From a virus, in IMG/VR virus record IMGVR_UViG_3300008459_000024, positions 14,305 to 78,304 of that record: 64,000 nt of DNA; one strand, written 5' to 3'. Both the position numbers and the translations under genes were made by a program. Within the stretch, counting starts at the first letter, position 1; every line of letters begins with the position of its first letter. Below the pieces are notes generated by a model. That model was not told the DNA's origin, made no database searches, and saw nothing but the letters and a program-made list of their open reading frames with translations. Below are positions 11,401 through 22,061 of this stretch, piece after piece.

Positions 11401-14046
11401 GTCTCCAGATTGAGCCGAGTCTTGGAATGATAAAATCTGACCTGAAGGTAAAGAGCTAACTTTGTTTTTATCCAACACTAAAATCATAACACTATCTTTA
11501 TGATTTTTAACATCTGGATTATTTGTATTAGGCAACCAGTTAACCCTAATTTGATTATATCCTTTTATATTTCCATCTCCAAAATTTGGTACGTTATTAT
11601 AATATTTTGACTTGGTGTTAAATAAATTATATAACTCAGCCGGAGGTAAGTTTAATGTGAAAAAATATCCGTTATTTGGTGCGGGACTCCATGGGAAACG
11701 TTTTAACGTTGCTTCCGCACCTTGTCCTGTTGATGAATATCCCGCCCATATTTGTCCAACATTAATTAATTCATCTCCAGTAAATCCATTATACGGATTA
11801 GGACTTGTTACATCTATCAATATTGAGGTTTGTACGTCGTATACAGGAGCAGCAATTGACTCCGCTAAACCGTCTAATCCTGATAAATCAACACTTTGTG
11901 GGTCATCTTCAGTTTGGTCAATACCACCATATTCAGCCTGACAATTACATCGTTCACACCCATCATCAGTATATAACACTAAAGGTAATCCAATATTAAG
12001 TAGTTTCTTTGACGCTTCTTTAATTCTGTCAGCATATACTAAAATTAATATAGCAAAAGCGGTAATTATTACACCTTTAGCAATTAACGTAATTGACAAT
12101 GCCACTTGAGGAACTGGAGACGCTAGAGCTGCACCCGCATCAATGTAAAATGACGCCGCCAGTCCTCCCAGATAAATGGAAAACGCAATAATAAAAGGAT
12201 AAAAAATATTTGTTAATAAAAATGCCAATACGTGTAATATTAACATTACAGGTATAGTTAAAAACTTAAAGAAATCTAAGAAAAATGATATTATCACAAA
12301 TAAAACATCCACTCGATAAATTGCGTCGTTAGTTGGGAATGTGTTATAAGTCCCCTCACAATTAGAATCGGTAATCTTTTTAATGATTAATGTATTTCCA
12401 GCAAACCTGTTTGATTGGTACCTGTCAATTAATTGTGAGACAGTATATACTTTATTATATACCATTTCATAGAACGTATCCACACAATTAATAGCTTCGG
12501 TAGGATTTGCGTATTCATTCCAATCTAAACTGAATGCGTATGATGATTGTAATAAAAATAAATCAATCGGAACGTTATCAAAATCTATAGTATACGGATT
12601 ATTTAAATCTTCAACATCAAATGTAAAAATATAAGTTCCTTCAGTTCTTAATGTTGTACCATTTAACTGAACACCATTAGGGTCGGTAATAACTAAATTT
12701 TTTATGTTTTCAATGAATGAAAGTCTATATACAGTTTCGGATGGTAAATCAACATACACCGTTTGAGATAATACTCCTCCCTGTGGGTTTGAGGATATTG
12801 TTACCGTACTAACATTTGATTCTGAGTCAATCGGGTCCGTATCAGGTCCACTCCACCCTCTTTCTTTAATGTTTGGTAATAAGAAATAAGCCCTTTTAAC
12901 TTCTTCAGATAACTGAGGTGATTGTAACCATTTAATTTTGAATCTATATTTACCTTTTGTTGGTACCCCTAAATCAGGATTATTACTAACTCTTTGTTGT
13001 CCATATTCATCAGTATAAACATAGTTTAAGTTCATAGGGACTTCTAATACCCATGTACCATCTATGTCTATTACCTTACCGTCATTATCTAATCTATGTT
13101 CCTCTAATATTGGTCTACCATTGTCATCTGAGAATATTGTCTGTCGAATAGCAACAATTTGTCCAGGACCTGTGGTCATATCACATAACTGTCCCGCCTT
13201 TGATTTAACTTTACATTTTGAGCCTGAAAAAGAACTACCTATTTTTTTCTTATCATCAATAGAGATAAGTGACCCCATGAATATTGCGGTTGGTTGTAAC
13301 TTAATATTTGCTATTGTCGATAAATCATAATCCGTTCTTGTAATAGAGTAATTACAAACTTCAGGTTCACCATAAAATGGTTCCACTTGTATTGTTTTGG
13401 TAACAGTTATGATTTGAGGTAATTCAGAGTAATTCTCAGAGAATTTGAATTTAGTCCCGTCCACTTGGTCTTCGGTAGCCAATCCCAATCTAATTAAATC
13501 TTGTGGAGTTAAAGAGAATTGTCCAATATCTGACAAATCAATCTGCATAAACAAATCATGTTGTCCCACAGGAACTCCAAAAATCATAAAGTCACCAGCG
13601 TCATTTGTCTTTACAGTATACTTGTAATATTTGTCATAAACTTCGACAACTGATTTGTCAATTAAAGCATCACTTCTTTCAGGAAAAGTTCCGACAGGTA
13701 CGTGTGCCGAGTGAGATTGTGTATATGGTAATAAATTATACTTATAACCATCTTCGTTCACTGTAGTAAAATCTTTATAAGGATATAATACAGATATGAT
13801 TGAATTTGTTTCGTCTTGTTGTTCTAATGGTATAAAAATAGATATTCTAGCGTTTGGTAATCCAAACCCATTATTAACATAAACTCTACCGCAAACAACG
13901 CCAAACGGAGCACAAGTACGTAAGTATTCTTGTTCAGGATTAATTGACATCGACAGGATTTCAAGTGAATCAAAATTTTGTTCTAATTTTACTTGTAATA
14001 CCTTGTCTGTACCTAAATCTGACTTTATTCTAAATGAATTTGGCAT
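8467..14046 (-). CDS. large baseplate-associated protein with N-terminal prealbumin/carboxypeptidase-regulatory-like domain and internal hydrophobic segment
   Basis: 1859 aa. GVVCGRV..NGFGLPNARISI and TNDAGDFMIFGVPVG motifs; about 95-aa hydrophobic stretch at roughly aa 580-672. Confidence 0.55.
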   Translation of the reverse strand: MPNSFRIKSDLGTDKVLQVKLEQNFDSLEILSMSINPEQEYLRTCAPFGVVCGRVYVNNGFGLPNARISIFIPLEQQDETNSIISVLYPYKDFTTVNEDGYKYNLLPYTQSHSAHVPVGTFPERSDALIDKSVVEVYDKYYKYTVKTNDAGDFMIFGVPVGQHDLFMQIDLSDIGQFSLTPQDLIRLGLATEDQVDGTKFKFSENYSELPQIITVTKTIQVEPFYGEPEVCNYSITRTDYDLSTIANIKLQPTAIFMGSLISIDDKKKIGSSFSGSKCKVKSKAGQLCDMTTGPGQIVAIRQTIFSDDNGRPILEEHRLDNDGKVIDIDGTWVLEVPMNLNYVYTDEYGQQRVSNNPDLGVPTKGKYRFKIKWLQSPQLSEEVKRAYFLLPNIKERGWSGPDTDPIDSESNVSTVTISSNPQGGVLSQTVYVDLPSETVYRLSFIENIKNLVITDPNGVQLNGTTLRTEGTYIFTFDVEDLNNPYTIDFDNVPIDLFLLQSSYAFSLDWNEYANPTEAINCVDTFYEMVYNKVYTVSQLIDRYQSNRFAGNTLIIKKITDSNCEGTYNTFPTNDAIYRVDVLFVIISFFLDFFKFLTIPVMLILHVLAFLLTNIFYPFIIAFSIYLGGLAASFYIDAGAALASPVPQVALSITLIAKGVIITAFAILILVYADRIKEASKKLLNIGLPLVLYTDDGCERCNCQAEYGGIDQTEDDPQSVDLSGLDGLAESIAAPVYDVQTSILIDVTSPNPYNGFTGDELINVGQIWAGYSSTGQGAEATLKRFPWSPAPNNGYFFTLNLPPAELYNLFNTKSKYYNNVPNFGDGNIKGYNQIRVNWLPNTNNPDVKNHKDSVMILVLDKNKVSSLPSGQILSFQDSAQSGDINFGVKTGDITTPSQITVNYSNPDDFGATTLSTTYTIPIEYTSGNTTNVDNPFPADVEYFQVITGMTIGDFASIAPADANEFSYGVRYLQRLNGIDIGYRNLRYYRLDLGESEYPCYSCWYGYQGSAVKYAGESPLFDENNIEGSAIKNYDDYGIVILMRGVDPNSPRIPQQIDLSRIFGVDDYQWNSNYVVSGNFKMNIPIQSTNDSMRPASHLVNTNTNVLDKNVFFQSYSFNYNQFDNDGETLLPAYYSDIDDGGINVTYLPGTNTVFDDGGTSNVYTQTIAGELYIDSSDICSNSITNPLNNYVNAFTRYFALPYYPSGYHALNCGDAIGAKCFYNMYPNTCPDNGGRNITGYYGGENVAGASIMSMRLMNGGDEDGAHDFYNRDTPYENGKYGSPAYISTSYLKRIGSPTFTFDPWQLTSQRQVFRSDRLPTSTNVQSNEGKNYYFLHQNSTFAIFKISDAGAQQALINVTNTPTTNNESTQYFFGSNPVIESLSDCSKAVPLECYDVDADGQPIIKPNCDQLMDPSGKEKYFLKGNGCYNLVSKPFKTIPKDIKSVVEWITRLKMNLAACFEIISHTFNNQYVNGTLYTYPFRNVRVFDSNNEPYSLYCKDLVILHPSNNFYYRSSPFSTTSLTNINDGYFIGKTNSFGEDGVGNKKYLGAPTTILDLGPRDSFLQELVYSDDYDGYIVAKLKATSYQEINDILNIFILSRLINTSFLQQLIPISDDPNEGQSDPTIKALFSNTRWREDGVTLIPGFVDGDYSQMIAINSEFGIQEFSPESYNASSLYFSNANEFPYFGLFMKGNNQDRDYITPRRTIWNENTPIPPSQYDFTNIPVKSQEVPYYLWHFTGLNGTDPDTIFGTQSNNYATTYPDSSGDFSSRFFSFKYQELDRINPSSRYVQVDGNNSFYYKGYIINYDSAGNPTEVKPANNYSQTVLSNSPYHFYFGLKKGASALDKFFIKYVDTNITIE

Positions 14047-14096
14047 TCTCTTTTTTGATAAATAGTTTAGACACTAATTTCAAAAAATAAATAATC

Positions 14097-15932
14097 TTAA
14101 CTGAAATTGGTTGTAGACAAATTCTTAACTCTAATTTGAATATCCGTATTTGGATACCTAACTTGATAAATTTGATTAGGTTCCGCAAAAAGAGTATCGT
14201 CAATTAATTGAATCTCTTTTGTTGACTCTGAAGAATATCGTTGGGACGTTTGAGCTGAAGAATATAACCCCCCTACTTTATTATAAACTTTCAAGTCAGA
14301 TATTGTAATCACCCCATTCTCTTGTTGTATAATTCTTCTTATCTCAGAAATGAAAACATTACCCCCCATATTTTGATTCGCAGGACTCATGTAATTAGAA
14401 ATTAAATTAACAACATTTGTTATAACTGTACCCTGATTTTGAGTTGCGTCAAGTACTAAAGATATATCAAATGACACATCAATAACGTTTGCGGAACTAA
14501 TAAAAATATAATCATTCATCATTCTATAATTTGACAAATAATTAGATAAATTAGTTTTTAAGGTATTTGAAACCACGCTAGTTAATTTACCATTAACGTC
14601 GTAAGATAATAAATTAATTTTAATTTTATTATCCTCTTCAGTTATTGCAACTTTAGCAGGTGCTCCAAATTGTGAAGGCATTTTTCTAATTAATGTTTCG
14701 TAGTCATTAATCGTAACCGCTCTGTTTTGAGCCGAAAAGTTAAATGAAACTAAATTTCTAACTTCCTCAATTGAAGGAACACTCGCACCTCCAATCGCAG
14801 CGGTCACGTTATTACAAGTTAACGAATTAATTACTTGTTGCCTAACATTTGCAGAACTACCATTCACCGCAAAACTTACAGTTCCGACTTGGTTGATGAC
14901 ATTGACCCCAACATTAGTTCCTAACCCCCCACCAATTCTATACTGAATAAATAACGTACTATTAGGTTTTAATACTGAACCTAAACTATAATTGTTTTGG
15001 TATTTAGATAAATCTAATGGTGTTCCATTTGCAGCAAATTCTCTTAATAATTCATCTGTAGACGTATTACCTCCACCAAAAGTAACCTTCATAAATCCTT
15101 GTGGTGTAAACTCGGTAATAAAACGACTACTTGTTTGAACATATTTCCCAACTTTAATTCCAGGAGTATCACTTGGTTTTGTAGGGTCCTCAATAAAAAT
15201 TCTATCTTGAGCCAAAGCTTCAACTTCATACCATCTGTTAGCCGAACCTAAAAACTCTTGTACCGATGGAACATTAGTATACGTTGTACCATCTTTTAAT
15301 AAAACACTTGTAACTCCTAAAACATTTTTTTCAGGTAAGAATAATTCTAAAAATGGTCTTGAGTCAGCTTGATTAATTACCTTTTTAAATACTTTTGTAA
15401 TACCATTAACAACAGGCTCACGTTTAACAATTGTATAATTAACCAACTGATTATTTACAAAATTTGGTATAACTTTTCTATTCGGATAACCCTCGTTGTT
15501 GAATCTTGAAGTGAAGTCAATGTCATACAATGTTTCAAATACCTGTCCAGCACCGATTACCTGACTACCTCTTCTTAATATACCACAATAAGTTAAGTCT
15601 TCTTTATCCCCAAAGGCAGGTACTGTAATTGAAAAATCAACAAGAGCAACTGACGGTCTTTGACCCGGAATCTTTAGTCCATATGTTCGAGCAATATTAT
15701 AGATTGATGACCTTTGTTGGGCATATTGTAATACAGTTTCTTGTAAACTTCTGTCAATGTGATAATGAAGGTTGTCCGTAACCGCTGCGTTTAAATCTAA
15801 AAACACCGAGAATACCGAAGCGTCATTAACGTTCTGTATTAAATCAGGATAATAAGTTCTTACAAAATTTATAAGTTCTTGTCTTATTGACTGAAAGTCT
15901 CTTGTGGTATATGAAATTTGTTTATTAGCCAT
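14097..15932 (-). CDS. baseplate wedge protein (T4 gp6/baseplate J-like)
   Basis: 611 aa. YTTRDFQSIR N-terminus, YRIGGG..TNV, GGAS..SIEEVR, QNRAVTINDY; adjacent to a gp25-like gene. Confidence 0.85.
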   Translation of the reverse strand: MANKQISYTTRDFQSIRQELINFVRTYYPDLIQNVNDASVFSVFLDLNAAVTDNLHYHIDRSLQETVLQYAQQRSSIYNIARTYGLKIPGQRPSVALVDFSITVPAFGDKEDLTYCGILRRGSQVIGAGQVFETLYDIDFTSRFNNEGYPNRKVIPNFVNNQLVNYTIVKREPVVNGITKVFKKVINQADSRPFLELFLPEKNVLGVTSVLLKDGTTYTNVPSVQEFLGSANRWYEVEALAQDRIFIEDPTKPSDTPGIKVGKYVQTSSRFITEFTPQGFMKVTFGGGNTSTDELLREFAANGTPLDLSKYQNNYSLGSVLKPNSTLFIQYRIGGGLGTNVGVNVINQVGTVSFAVNGSSANVRQQVINSLTCNNVTAAIGGASVPSIEEVRNLVSFNFSAQNRAVTINDYETLIRKMPSQFGAPAKVAITEEDNKIKINLLSYDVNGKLTSVVSNTLKTNLSNYLSNYRMMNDYIFISSANVIDVSFDISLVLDATQNQGTVITNVVNLISNYMSPANQNMGGNVFISEIRRIIQQENGVITISDLKVYNKVGGLYSSAQTSQRYSSESTKEIQLIDDTLFAEPNQIYQVRYPNTDIQIRVKNLSTTNFS

Positions 15933-15933
15933 C

Positions 15934-16392
15934 TTATATATTAATTATTACAAAATCTTTTGAGTTAAAGACATCTGAGGTTATTGAGTAATCTATCCTA
16001 ACTTTAGCGGTATATTCTCTTGTTGCCATCCCTGGTAAATCGTAAGTATTGTTTTCAACATTACCATTAGTTGTAACATCAGTCCCTTCTTCAGTTGCAA
16101 TGGCAGTAACACTTATTGATGTAACTAACAGATTTGGAATATACTTTTCAACAGAATCTTTAATCTCTAATTCAATATCATTAAATGTTGGTCCATCCAA
16201 TGGTTCAAAAATATACTCATATAAACGAGTTCCAAAATCAGGTAAAAAATATCTTGAACCTTTTCTAGTTAAAAGTAAGTGTATCAAACTACTCCTAATT
16301 TCTTCATTAGTGTAATCTGACAAGTCAAGGTACTTACCATCAAAAGAATCTCTAAAAGGGAAATTTATACCGTATGTAACTCCGTTAGCCAT
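15934..16392 (-). CDS. baseplate wedge/sheath initiator (gp25/GPW-like)
   Basis: IRSSLIHLLLTRKGSRYFLPDFGTRLYEYIFEP. Likely start MANGV at 16392. Confidence 0.9.
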   Translation of the reverse strand: MANGVTYGINFPFRDSFDGKYLDLSDYTNEEIRSSLIHLLLTRKGSRYFLPDFGTRLYEYIFEPLDGPTFNDIELEIKDSVEKYIPNLLVTSISVTAIATEEGTDVTTNGNVENNTYDLPGMATREYTAKVRIDYSITSDVFNSKDFVIINI

Positions 16393-16441
16393 ATGATATA
16401 AATATAATGTCACATTTTTTTCAGTAAATCACTTATAAAAT

Positions 16442-16466
16442 AAAAAATCCCGACGAATCGGGATTT
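16442..16466 (-). terminator. Rho-independent terminator after nrdA
   Basis: AAATCCCGA-TTCG-TCGGGATTT followed by a T-run on the minus strand (UUCG loop). Confidence 0.8.
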
Positions 16467-16470
16467 AAAT

Positions 16471-18903
16471 TTAAGATGAACATCCAAAACAATCAAAATC
16501 ACTATTCTCAGGTTTTGGAGGTAAATTCATATAACTGTAATCTACCTTTGGCGGTTCAGGTGTTGGTTTTGGCTGGTTGATTTTTGAAACGTCGACAGCC
16601 AAATGTTTTGCACCAGTTGAAATCGCCTTTGTTCTAACGTAGTAACAAAGTGTTTTCAATCCTTTTTCCCATCCATAGAAGTGAGAAGATGAAATCTTTG
16701 ACAATGTTGGGTTACCCATATAAATGTTCATTGATTGTGATTGGTCAATGAATGGTGCTCTATCCGCAGCCATTTCAATCAACGATTTCTGAGAAATTTC
16801 CCAAATTGTTTTATACTTCTGAATCAAATGTTCAGTTCTTTTAACTTTTGAGTTGTATTTTTTATCCTCTTGGTCCAAGTAATTATTAAAATTAACATTC
16901 TGAATTGACCCTTCGTTCATAATAATTTCATTCTTTAAATCTTCTGACCAAATTCCAATTTTTTCAAAATCGTTAATCAAGTATTTGTTAACAATCATAA
17001 TTTCACCACCAACAACACGACGGTTAAAAATTGCTGAATGAGCAGGTTCTGTCATTTCATATGAACCTGTAATCTTAGCAGAAGATGCCACAGGCATTTG
17101 AGCCGCGAATAAAGAATTACAAACACCATATTTTTCAACATTTTGTTTTAGAATACCCCAAGGCCATCTTCCTGATAACTCATCTTCCTTTAATCCCCAC
17201 ATATCAAATTGGAAATTACCTTGTGACATAGGAGAACCTTCAAAGTGTGAGTAAGGTTTGTATTTACCGTCCATACACAATCTATTACTTTCAGTAATTG
17301 CCGCGAAATAGATTGTTTCAAAAATTTCTTTATTCAACTTACGAGCGTCATCTGATGTAAAGATATAGTCCATTAAATAGAATACATCCGCAAGTCCTTG
17401 TGTACCGATTGCAATTGCTCTTTGAGCCAATCCACCAATTCTACCCTTTTCAGTTGAGTAGTTGTTAATATCAATAACTTTGTTCAACGCTCTTACCACC
17501 TTACGAGTTTCTTCGTATAAAAGTTTGTGGTCAAATTCACCATCCTTAACAAAGTTTTTCAATACCATAGATGATAAGGTGCAAATTGCTGTAGTATCTT
17601 CATCGGTATATTGATAAATCTCATTACAAAGATTTGATTGTTTAATTACCCCAATGTTTTGGTGATTAGTTTTCTTATTAGCATTGTCTTTAGAACATAG
17701 GTATGGAACTCCTGTTTCAATTTGGGATTCAATGATTTTATTCCAAATGTCCTGAGCTTTAACTTTTTTACCGATTCCTAATTCAACCGCCTTGTTATAG
17801 TTTGACTCATATTCATCACCATAACATTCTTGTAATGCCTTAATCCCTGACTTCTTAATGTCATTAGGACAGAACAAATACCAATCGTCATTGTTCTTAA
17901 CCGCTCTCATAAAATTATCAGGAATCCAAAGTGCGGTAAACAAATCTCTTGCCCTTAATTCTTCAGCACCTGTATTCTTTTTAATCTCCAATAAATCGAA
18001 GATATCTTTGTGCCAAGGTTCCAAGTAAATCGCCGCAGAACCAGGTCTTCTTCCTTGTTGGTTAAAGAAACGAAGTGACTCATTAACAATCTTTAGATAT
18101 TTCAATAATCCACCGGCATATCCGCCTGATGAATTAATACGACTTTCTTTACTACGAATATTTGACATACAAAGTCCAATACCTGCAGCGTCAGATGAAT
18201 AGGTTGAGATATCTCTCATTGTATCCAAAAGACCTTCACGTGAATCCTCATCATTGTATTTTAACACACAAGATGCAAGTTGTGGAGTCTTTGTCCCAGC
18301 ATTAATCATGATTGGAGTCGCAGGAGATATAAGTTGCGATGATAAAGACTTATAGTATTCCACAGCCTCCTCAAATGATTTTGTCACCCACAAAGCCACA
18401 CGCATATACATGTGTTGTGGTCTTTCAATTACTTTACCTGTTGGTTCTTTTAAAAGATACATCTCTTGTAATGACCTCCAAGCAAAATAGTCAAAATTAT
18501 AATCATTATCGTGATTAATAACTGCGTCGATATTACTTGGTCCGTATTCTTCAATTGTTTCCATTAACTTATCGTTAATGACACCATCAACATGTAATGT
18601 GTGCATTACATTAGAAAAACTTTCATCAGTTTCTTTGTGATAAGATGAAATAGCAACTGACGACGCCAAACGGGAATAGTCATGGTGACTACCTGTAAAC
18701 GCCGCAGCTATTTCATAAATTAGCTTATCTAATTCTTTGGTTGTGATAATACCCTCAGTCGGAACTGAGGTTATTACCTTGATGAATATTTCGTCAGAAT
18801 TAACATTCAAACCTTTTGAGGCTCTTTTAATTCTGTTATAAATTTTTTGTGGGTTAAACGACGCATCGTCTCCACTACGTTTTTTAATTCTAAGTGACAT
18901 CAT
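16471..18903 (-). CDS. nrdA: ribonucleotide reductase class Ia alpha subunit with ATP cone
   Basis: SPATP, QLASC, SNLCNE, MPVASS, CYYVR, C-terminal CFGC. Confidence 0.97.
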   Translation of the reverse strand: MMSLRIKKRSGDDASFNPQKIYNRIKRASKGLNVNSDEIFIKVITSVPTEGIITTKELDKLIYEIAAAFTGSHHDYSRLASSVAISSYHKETDESFSNVMHTLHVDGVINDKLMETIEEYGPSNIDAVINHDNDYNFDYFAWRSLQEMYLLKEPTGKVIERPQHMYMRVALWVTKSFEEAVEYYKSLSSQLISPATPIMINAGTKTPQLASCVLKYNDEDSREGLLDTMRDISTYSSDAAGIGLCMSNIRSKESRINSSGGYAGGLLKYLKIVNESLRFFNQQGRRPGSAAIYLEPWHKDIFDLLEIKKNTGAEELRARDLFTALWIPDNFMRAVKNNDDWYLFCPNDIKKSGIKALQECYGDEYESNYNKAVELGIGKKVKAQDIWNKIIESQIETGVPYLCSKDNANKKTNHQNIGVIKQSNLCNEIYQYTDEDTTAICTLSSMVLKNFVKDGEFDHKLLYEETRKVVRALNKVIDINNYSTEKGRIGGLAQRAIAIGTQGLADVFYLMDYIFTSDDARKLNKEIFETIYFAAITESNRLCMDGKYKPYSHFEGSPMSQGNFQFDMWGLKEDELSGRWPWGILKQNVEKYGVCNSLFAAQMPVASSAKITGSYEMTEPAHSAIFNRRVVGGEIMIVNKYLINDFEKIGIWSEDLKNEIIMNEGSIQNVNFNNYLDQEDKKYNSKVKRTEHLIQKYKTIWEISQKSLIEMAADRAPFIDQSQSMNIYMGNPTLSKISSSHFYGWEKGLKTLCYYVRTKAISTGAKHLAVDVSKINQPKPTPEPPKVDYSYMNLPPKPENSDFDCFGCSS

Positions 18904-18922
18904 AGTTTATAAAGATAGTAAA

Positions 18923-19873
18923 TTAAAAGTCATCAGTAAATGAGAGGGACTCATTTAATTTTGCTTTTTGATATTCAACTGTTCTTGACTCAAAGAAATT
19001 ACCTTTTGTTTCAACGGCAATTTGTTCCATAAATTTGAATGGTTGTTCTACATTAAATTGTTTCTTACATCCCAATTTAACAAGTAACCCATCAACCACA
19101 AACTCCAAGTATTGTTTCATCAAATTTTGGTTCATACCAATAAGTGAAACAGGTAATGATTCAGTAATAAATTCTTTTTCTATCTCAAGTGCCGATAAAA
19201 GAATCTCTTTAATTCTTTTTTCACTCGGTTTGTTCTCAACGTGATTATTCAATAAATGAATTGCAAAGTCACAATGTAAGTTTTCATCTTTAAAAATCAA
19301 AGAATTTGCATTACATAATCCTTGCATAATTCCACGAGATTTCAACCAAAAGATTGAACAAAATGAACCTGAGAAGAAGATACCTTCAACCGCGGCAAAT
19401 GCCACAAGTCTCTCTTGGAAGGATGCGTTTTCAATCCAATCCAAAGCCCATTTAGCCTTCTTTTGAACCGCAGGTAAGTTATCCAATGCCGTAAAACATT
19501 TGTTCTTTTCTTCTTCGTTTGAGATGTAGGTATCAATCAATAATGAGTACATTAGTGAGTGAATGTTTTCCATCGCAAGTTGCATTCCGTAGAAAAACTT
19601 AGCTTCAGGGTATTGTACTTCTCTGTAGAAGTTTTCTGCCAAATTCTCGTTTACAATACCATCAGATGCCGCAAAAAATGACAATACATTTTTAACAAAA
19701 TACTGCTCATTTTCTGAAAGATTTTCCCAATCTCTAATATCACCACTTAAATCAACTTCTTCTGCGGTCCAAAATGCCGCTTGGTGCATTTTGTAATATT
19801 CCCATATATCATTGTATTGAATGGGGAAAATCACAAATCTGTTCGGATTCATTTCTAAAATTTTTTCTTTCAT
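18923..19873 (-). CDS. nrdB: ribonucleotide reductase class Ia beta subunit
   Basis: [26 protein letters not shown] (radical Tyr), [14 protein letters not shown]. Confidence 0.97.
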   Translation of the reverse strand: MKEKILEMNPNRFVIFPIQYNDIWEYYKMHQAAFWTAEEVDLSGDIRDWENLSENEQYFVKNVLSFFAASDGIVNENLAENFYREVQYPEAKFFYGMQLAMENIHSLMYSLLIDTYISNEEEKNKCFTALDNLPAVQKKAKWALDWIENASFQERLVAFAAVEGIFFSGSFCSIFWLKSRGIMQGLCNANSLIFKDENLHCDFAIHLLNNHVENKPSEKRIKEILLSALEIEKEFITESLPVSLIGMNQNLMKQYLEFVVDGLLVKLGCKKQFNVEQPFKFMEQIAVETKGNFFESRTVEYQKAKLNESLSFTDDF

Positions 19874-19886
19874 TTTTTTTATTTTT

Positions 19887-20615
19887 TTAATTATTCACAT
19901 ACTCCCAAAAAAAACCACCACACGAATTTCTAACTCCTTTACAAACTGAAACAATATTACCTTTATTTTTAATATTATTTTTTTTAGAAGCAATTTCTAA
20001 CGATGGATATATTTCTAAAACTTTTTTTGTTTTTAAACATATTTTTTTTACTTTTCTAACATTTTTTGCAGGTTTCCCTTTTAAGTAACTATTCTGACTA
20101 AGTTTTAATTTATGTTCTTTTGTTAATTTTTTCCCAATCAAAGAATTACTTATATTTTTTTTAGTTTGTTGAGTTCTTTTTTTCCCCTTACCGGATTTTC
20201 CAATTTTTTCTTTATGTTCGTCAGACAATTTTTTACCTTTCCAATAATTATGTTTCCCTTTATTACTTTTTGATATTTTTTTTTTAGTCTCCTCACTCGG
20301 AACATAATTAAGATTTGACTCACCTCCATCGGTTAAATTAAGCAATTGATTATTTTTTTTATAATTTTTTATCCAATAAATTTCTTTTTCAACCCATTCA
20401 TTATCATTTGTTTCTTCAATTACTCTTATTCCAGGGATTTTATTTTCTTTTAACATTTTTATTATCCACAAATATAGAGGTCTTTTGACATTTTTTTTAC
20501 TTAAATAAATGTGTTGTCGTAACCTTTCATTTATACTTTTTTTTGTTTTTCCAACATACCTTATTATATCAGGTTTGTCTGGATGAAAAATTCCATAAAT
20601 CACAATTGTTTCCAT
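19887..20615 (-). CDS. free-standing GIY-YIG homing endonuclease with NUMOD3/NUMOD1-like DNA-binding repeats
   Basis: VIYGIF...[21 protein letters not shown], repeated [22 protein letters not shown] units; extremely A-rich coding strand. Confidence 0.9.
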   Translation of the reverse strand: METIVIYGIFHPDKPDIIRYVGKTKKSINERLRQHIYLSKKNVKRPLYLWIIKMLKENKIPGIRVIEETNDNEWVEKEIYWIKNYKKNNQLLNLTDGGESNLNYVPSEETKKKISKSNKGKHNYWKGKKLSDEHKEKIGKSGKGKKRTQQTKKNISNSLIGKKLTKEHKLKLSQNSYLKGKPAKNVRKVKKICLKTKKVLEIYPSLEIASKKNNIKNKGNIVSVCKGVRNSCGGFFWEYVNN

Positions 20616-20666
20616 ATTAATAAATATCTGAATATTTTTAATATGACTAATTTATTTAAGTTTTCT

Positions 20667-22037
20667 TTATACCTGTTGTTGTTTTCGTTTCTCCATAATT
20701 TCTTTAATCCTATTTCGATTTCTTTCTTCTTTTTGTTCTTCAAGACCTAAGAATGTTGTAGTACTTTCAGTATCAATATCTAACATTTCGTTATTGAATT
20801 TACAATTCTCAAATACTACCCCGTCTTTACCAATACGTGATTTTGTAATAGCAATTGTTGCCAAATTTAATTCTTTTTGTTGTAAGGATTTAGCAACGGT
20901 AATAATAACGTGACCTACTTGAGCTTTCTTAATTGAACCTCCCATTTGGTCTGTCGTTACAACATCTGAAGATATTGAACTTCTATTACCTTGTGTTGCC
21001 GTCCATCCAACAATATTTAATTCATGACACATTGCCTCAAATGCTCTCATTACCGAACCCTCACTTTTCCACTCATCTTCCAAAGCCTTTTCAGGTGTTA
21101 CACAATCAATATAATCCAAAATAATCATATCAATATGTGTCCCATCGGCAATCATCTTACGAATTTGATTCTTAATCTGACTCATAGTGAATGTATCAGA
21201 CTGAAGTTTTTTAAGGATTAATTTGTTTGACATCTTTTCCTCAATCTCAGCAACTTTCTTAAACACCTCTTCCCTATGAGCACTAAGGTCATCGGGAGCA
21301 ATCCCTGTCCAACAAGTAAAATGTTTCCTTTGGATAATCTTTGGGTTGTCCTCAAAAAATACCTGTAAAACATTAAATCCTAGATTGAACGCATTGTTTG
21401 CAATCTTCGTAGTAAGAGTTGATTTACCAACACCAGTGGGAGCTAATATAACACCAATTTCACCTTTAGCCAAACCACCTTTTAACAAATTGTCAATACC
21501 AGGTATTCCCATAGGAATTGGGTGTCTATAATCATCCGCTAATACATCTTCTAAGTTCTCAAATACATCACCAGTTCCTCTATCAACATTACCGACTTGT
21601 AACGCTTCTCGAACCATTTCTTCTAATGTGTCATAGTTCTCAAATTCTCCGTGGTCGATAATCTTTTTCGCCTTCTCCATTACCTTCTGTAACTCTTGTT
21701 GTTTACAGAACTTTAAAGCCTTCTCCTGAACAAACTGAGTACCACTCTCATCAATATTTTTAATATCGGAAATAGTGTCAAGAGTTATCTTTAACAATAA
21801 CTCTTGAGCAATTTCACTTTTAGCAACTTGATTAAGGGTATCAAAACTTGGAGAATGTTCGAACTTTTGATAGTATTCCTTAACCATTTGCACGATTAAC
21901 TTAAAATACTTGTTTTCAAAATAGTTTGGTTCTAATACTTCAATAATGGAATGGGCGAAATCCTTATCAACAATCAATTGATTCAATAATTGTAACTGAA
22001 ATGTTTGTCCTAAGTATTCAAAATTTTTGTCCGCCAT
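20667..22037 (-). CDS. dnaB: replicative DNA helicase (DnaB/gp41-like)
   Basis: APTGVGKST Walker A, IILDYID, WTATQGNR, KSRIG. Confidence 0.92.
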   Translation of the reverse strand: MADKNFEYLGQTFQLQLLNQLIVDKDFAHSIIEVLEPNYFENKYFKLIVQMVKEYYQKFEHSPSFDTLNQVAKSEIAQELLLKITLDTISDIKNIDESGTQFVQEKALKFCKQQELQKVMEKAKKIIDHGEFENYDTLEEMVREALQVGNVDRGTGDVFENLEDVLADDYRHPIPMGIPGIDNLLKGGLAKGEIGVILAPTGVGKSTLTTKIANNAFNLGFNVLQVFFEDNPKIIQRKHFTCWTGIAPDDLSAHREEVFKKVAEIEEKMSNKLILKKLQSDTFTMSQIKNQIRKMIADGTHIDMIILDYIDCVTPEKALEDEWKSEGSVMRAFEAMCHELNIVGWTATQGNRSSISSDVVTTDQMGGSIKKAQVGHVIITVAKSLQQKELNLATIAITKSRIGKDGVVFENCKFNNEMLDIDTESTTTFLGLEEQKEERNRNRIKEIMEKRKQQQV

Positions 22038-22061
22038 ATATCCTTTTTTTATTAAATATCA

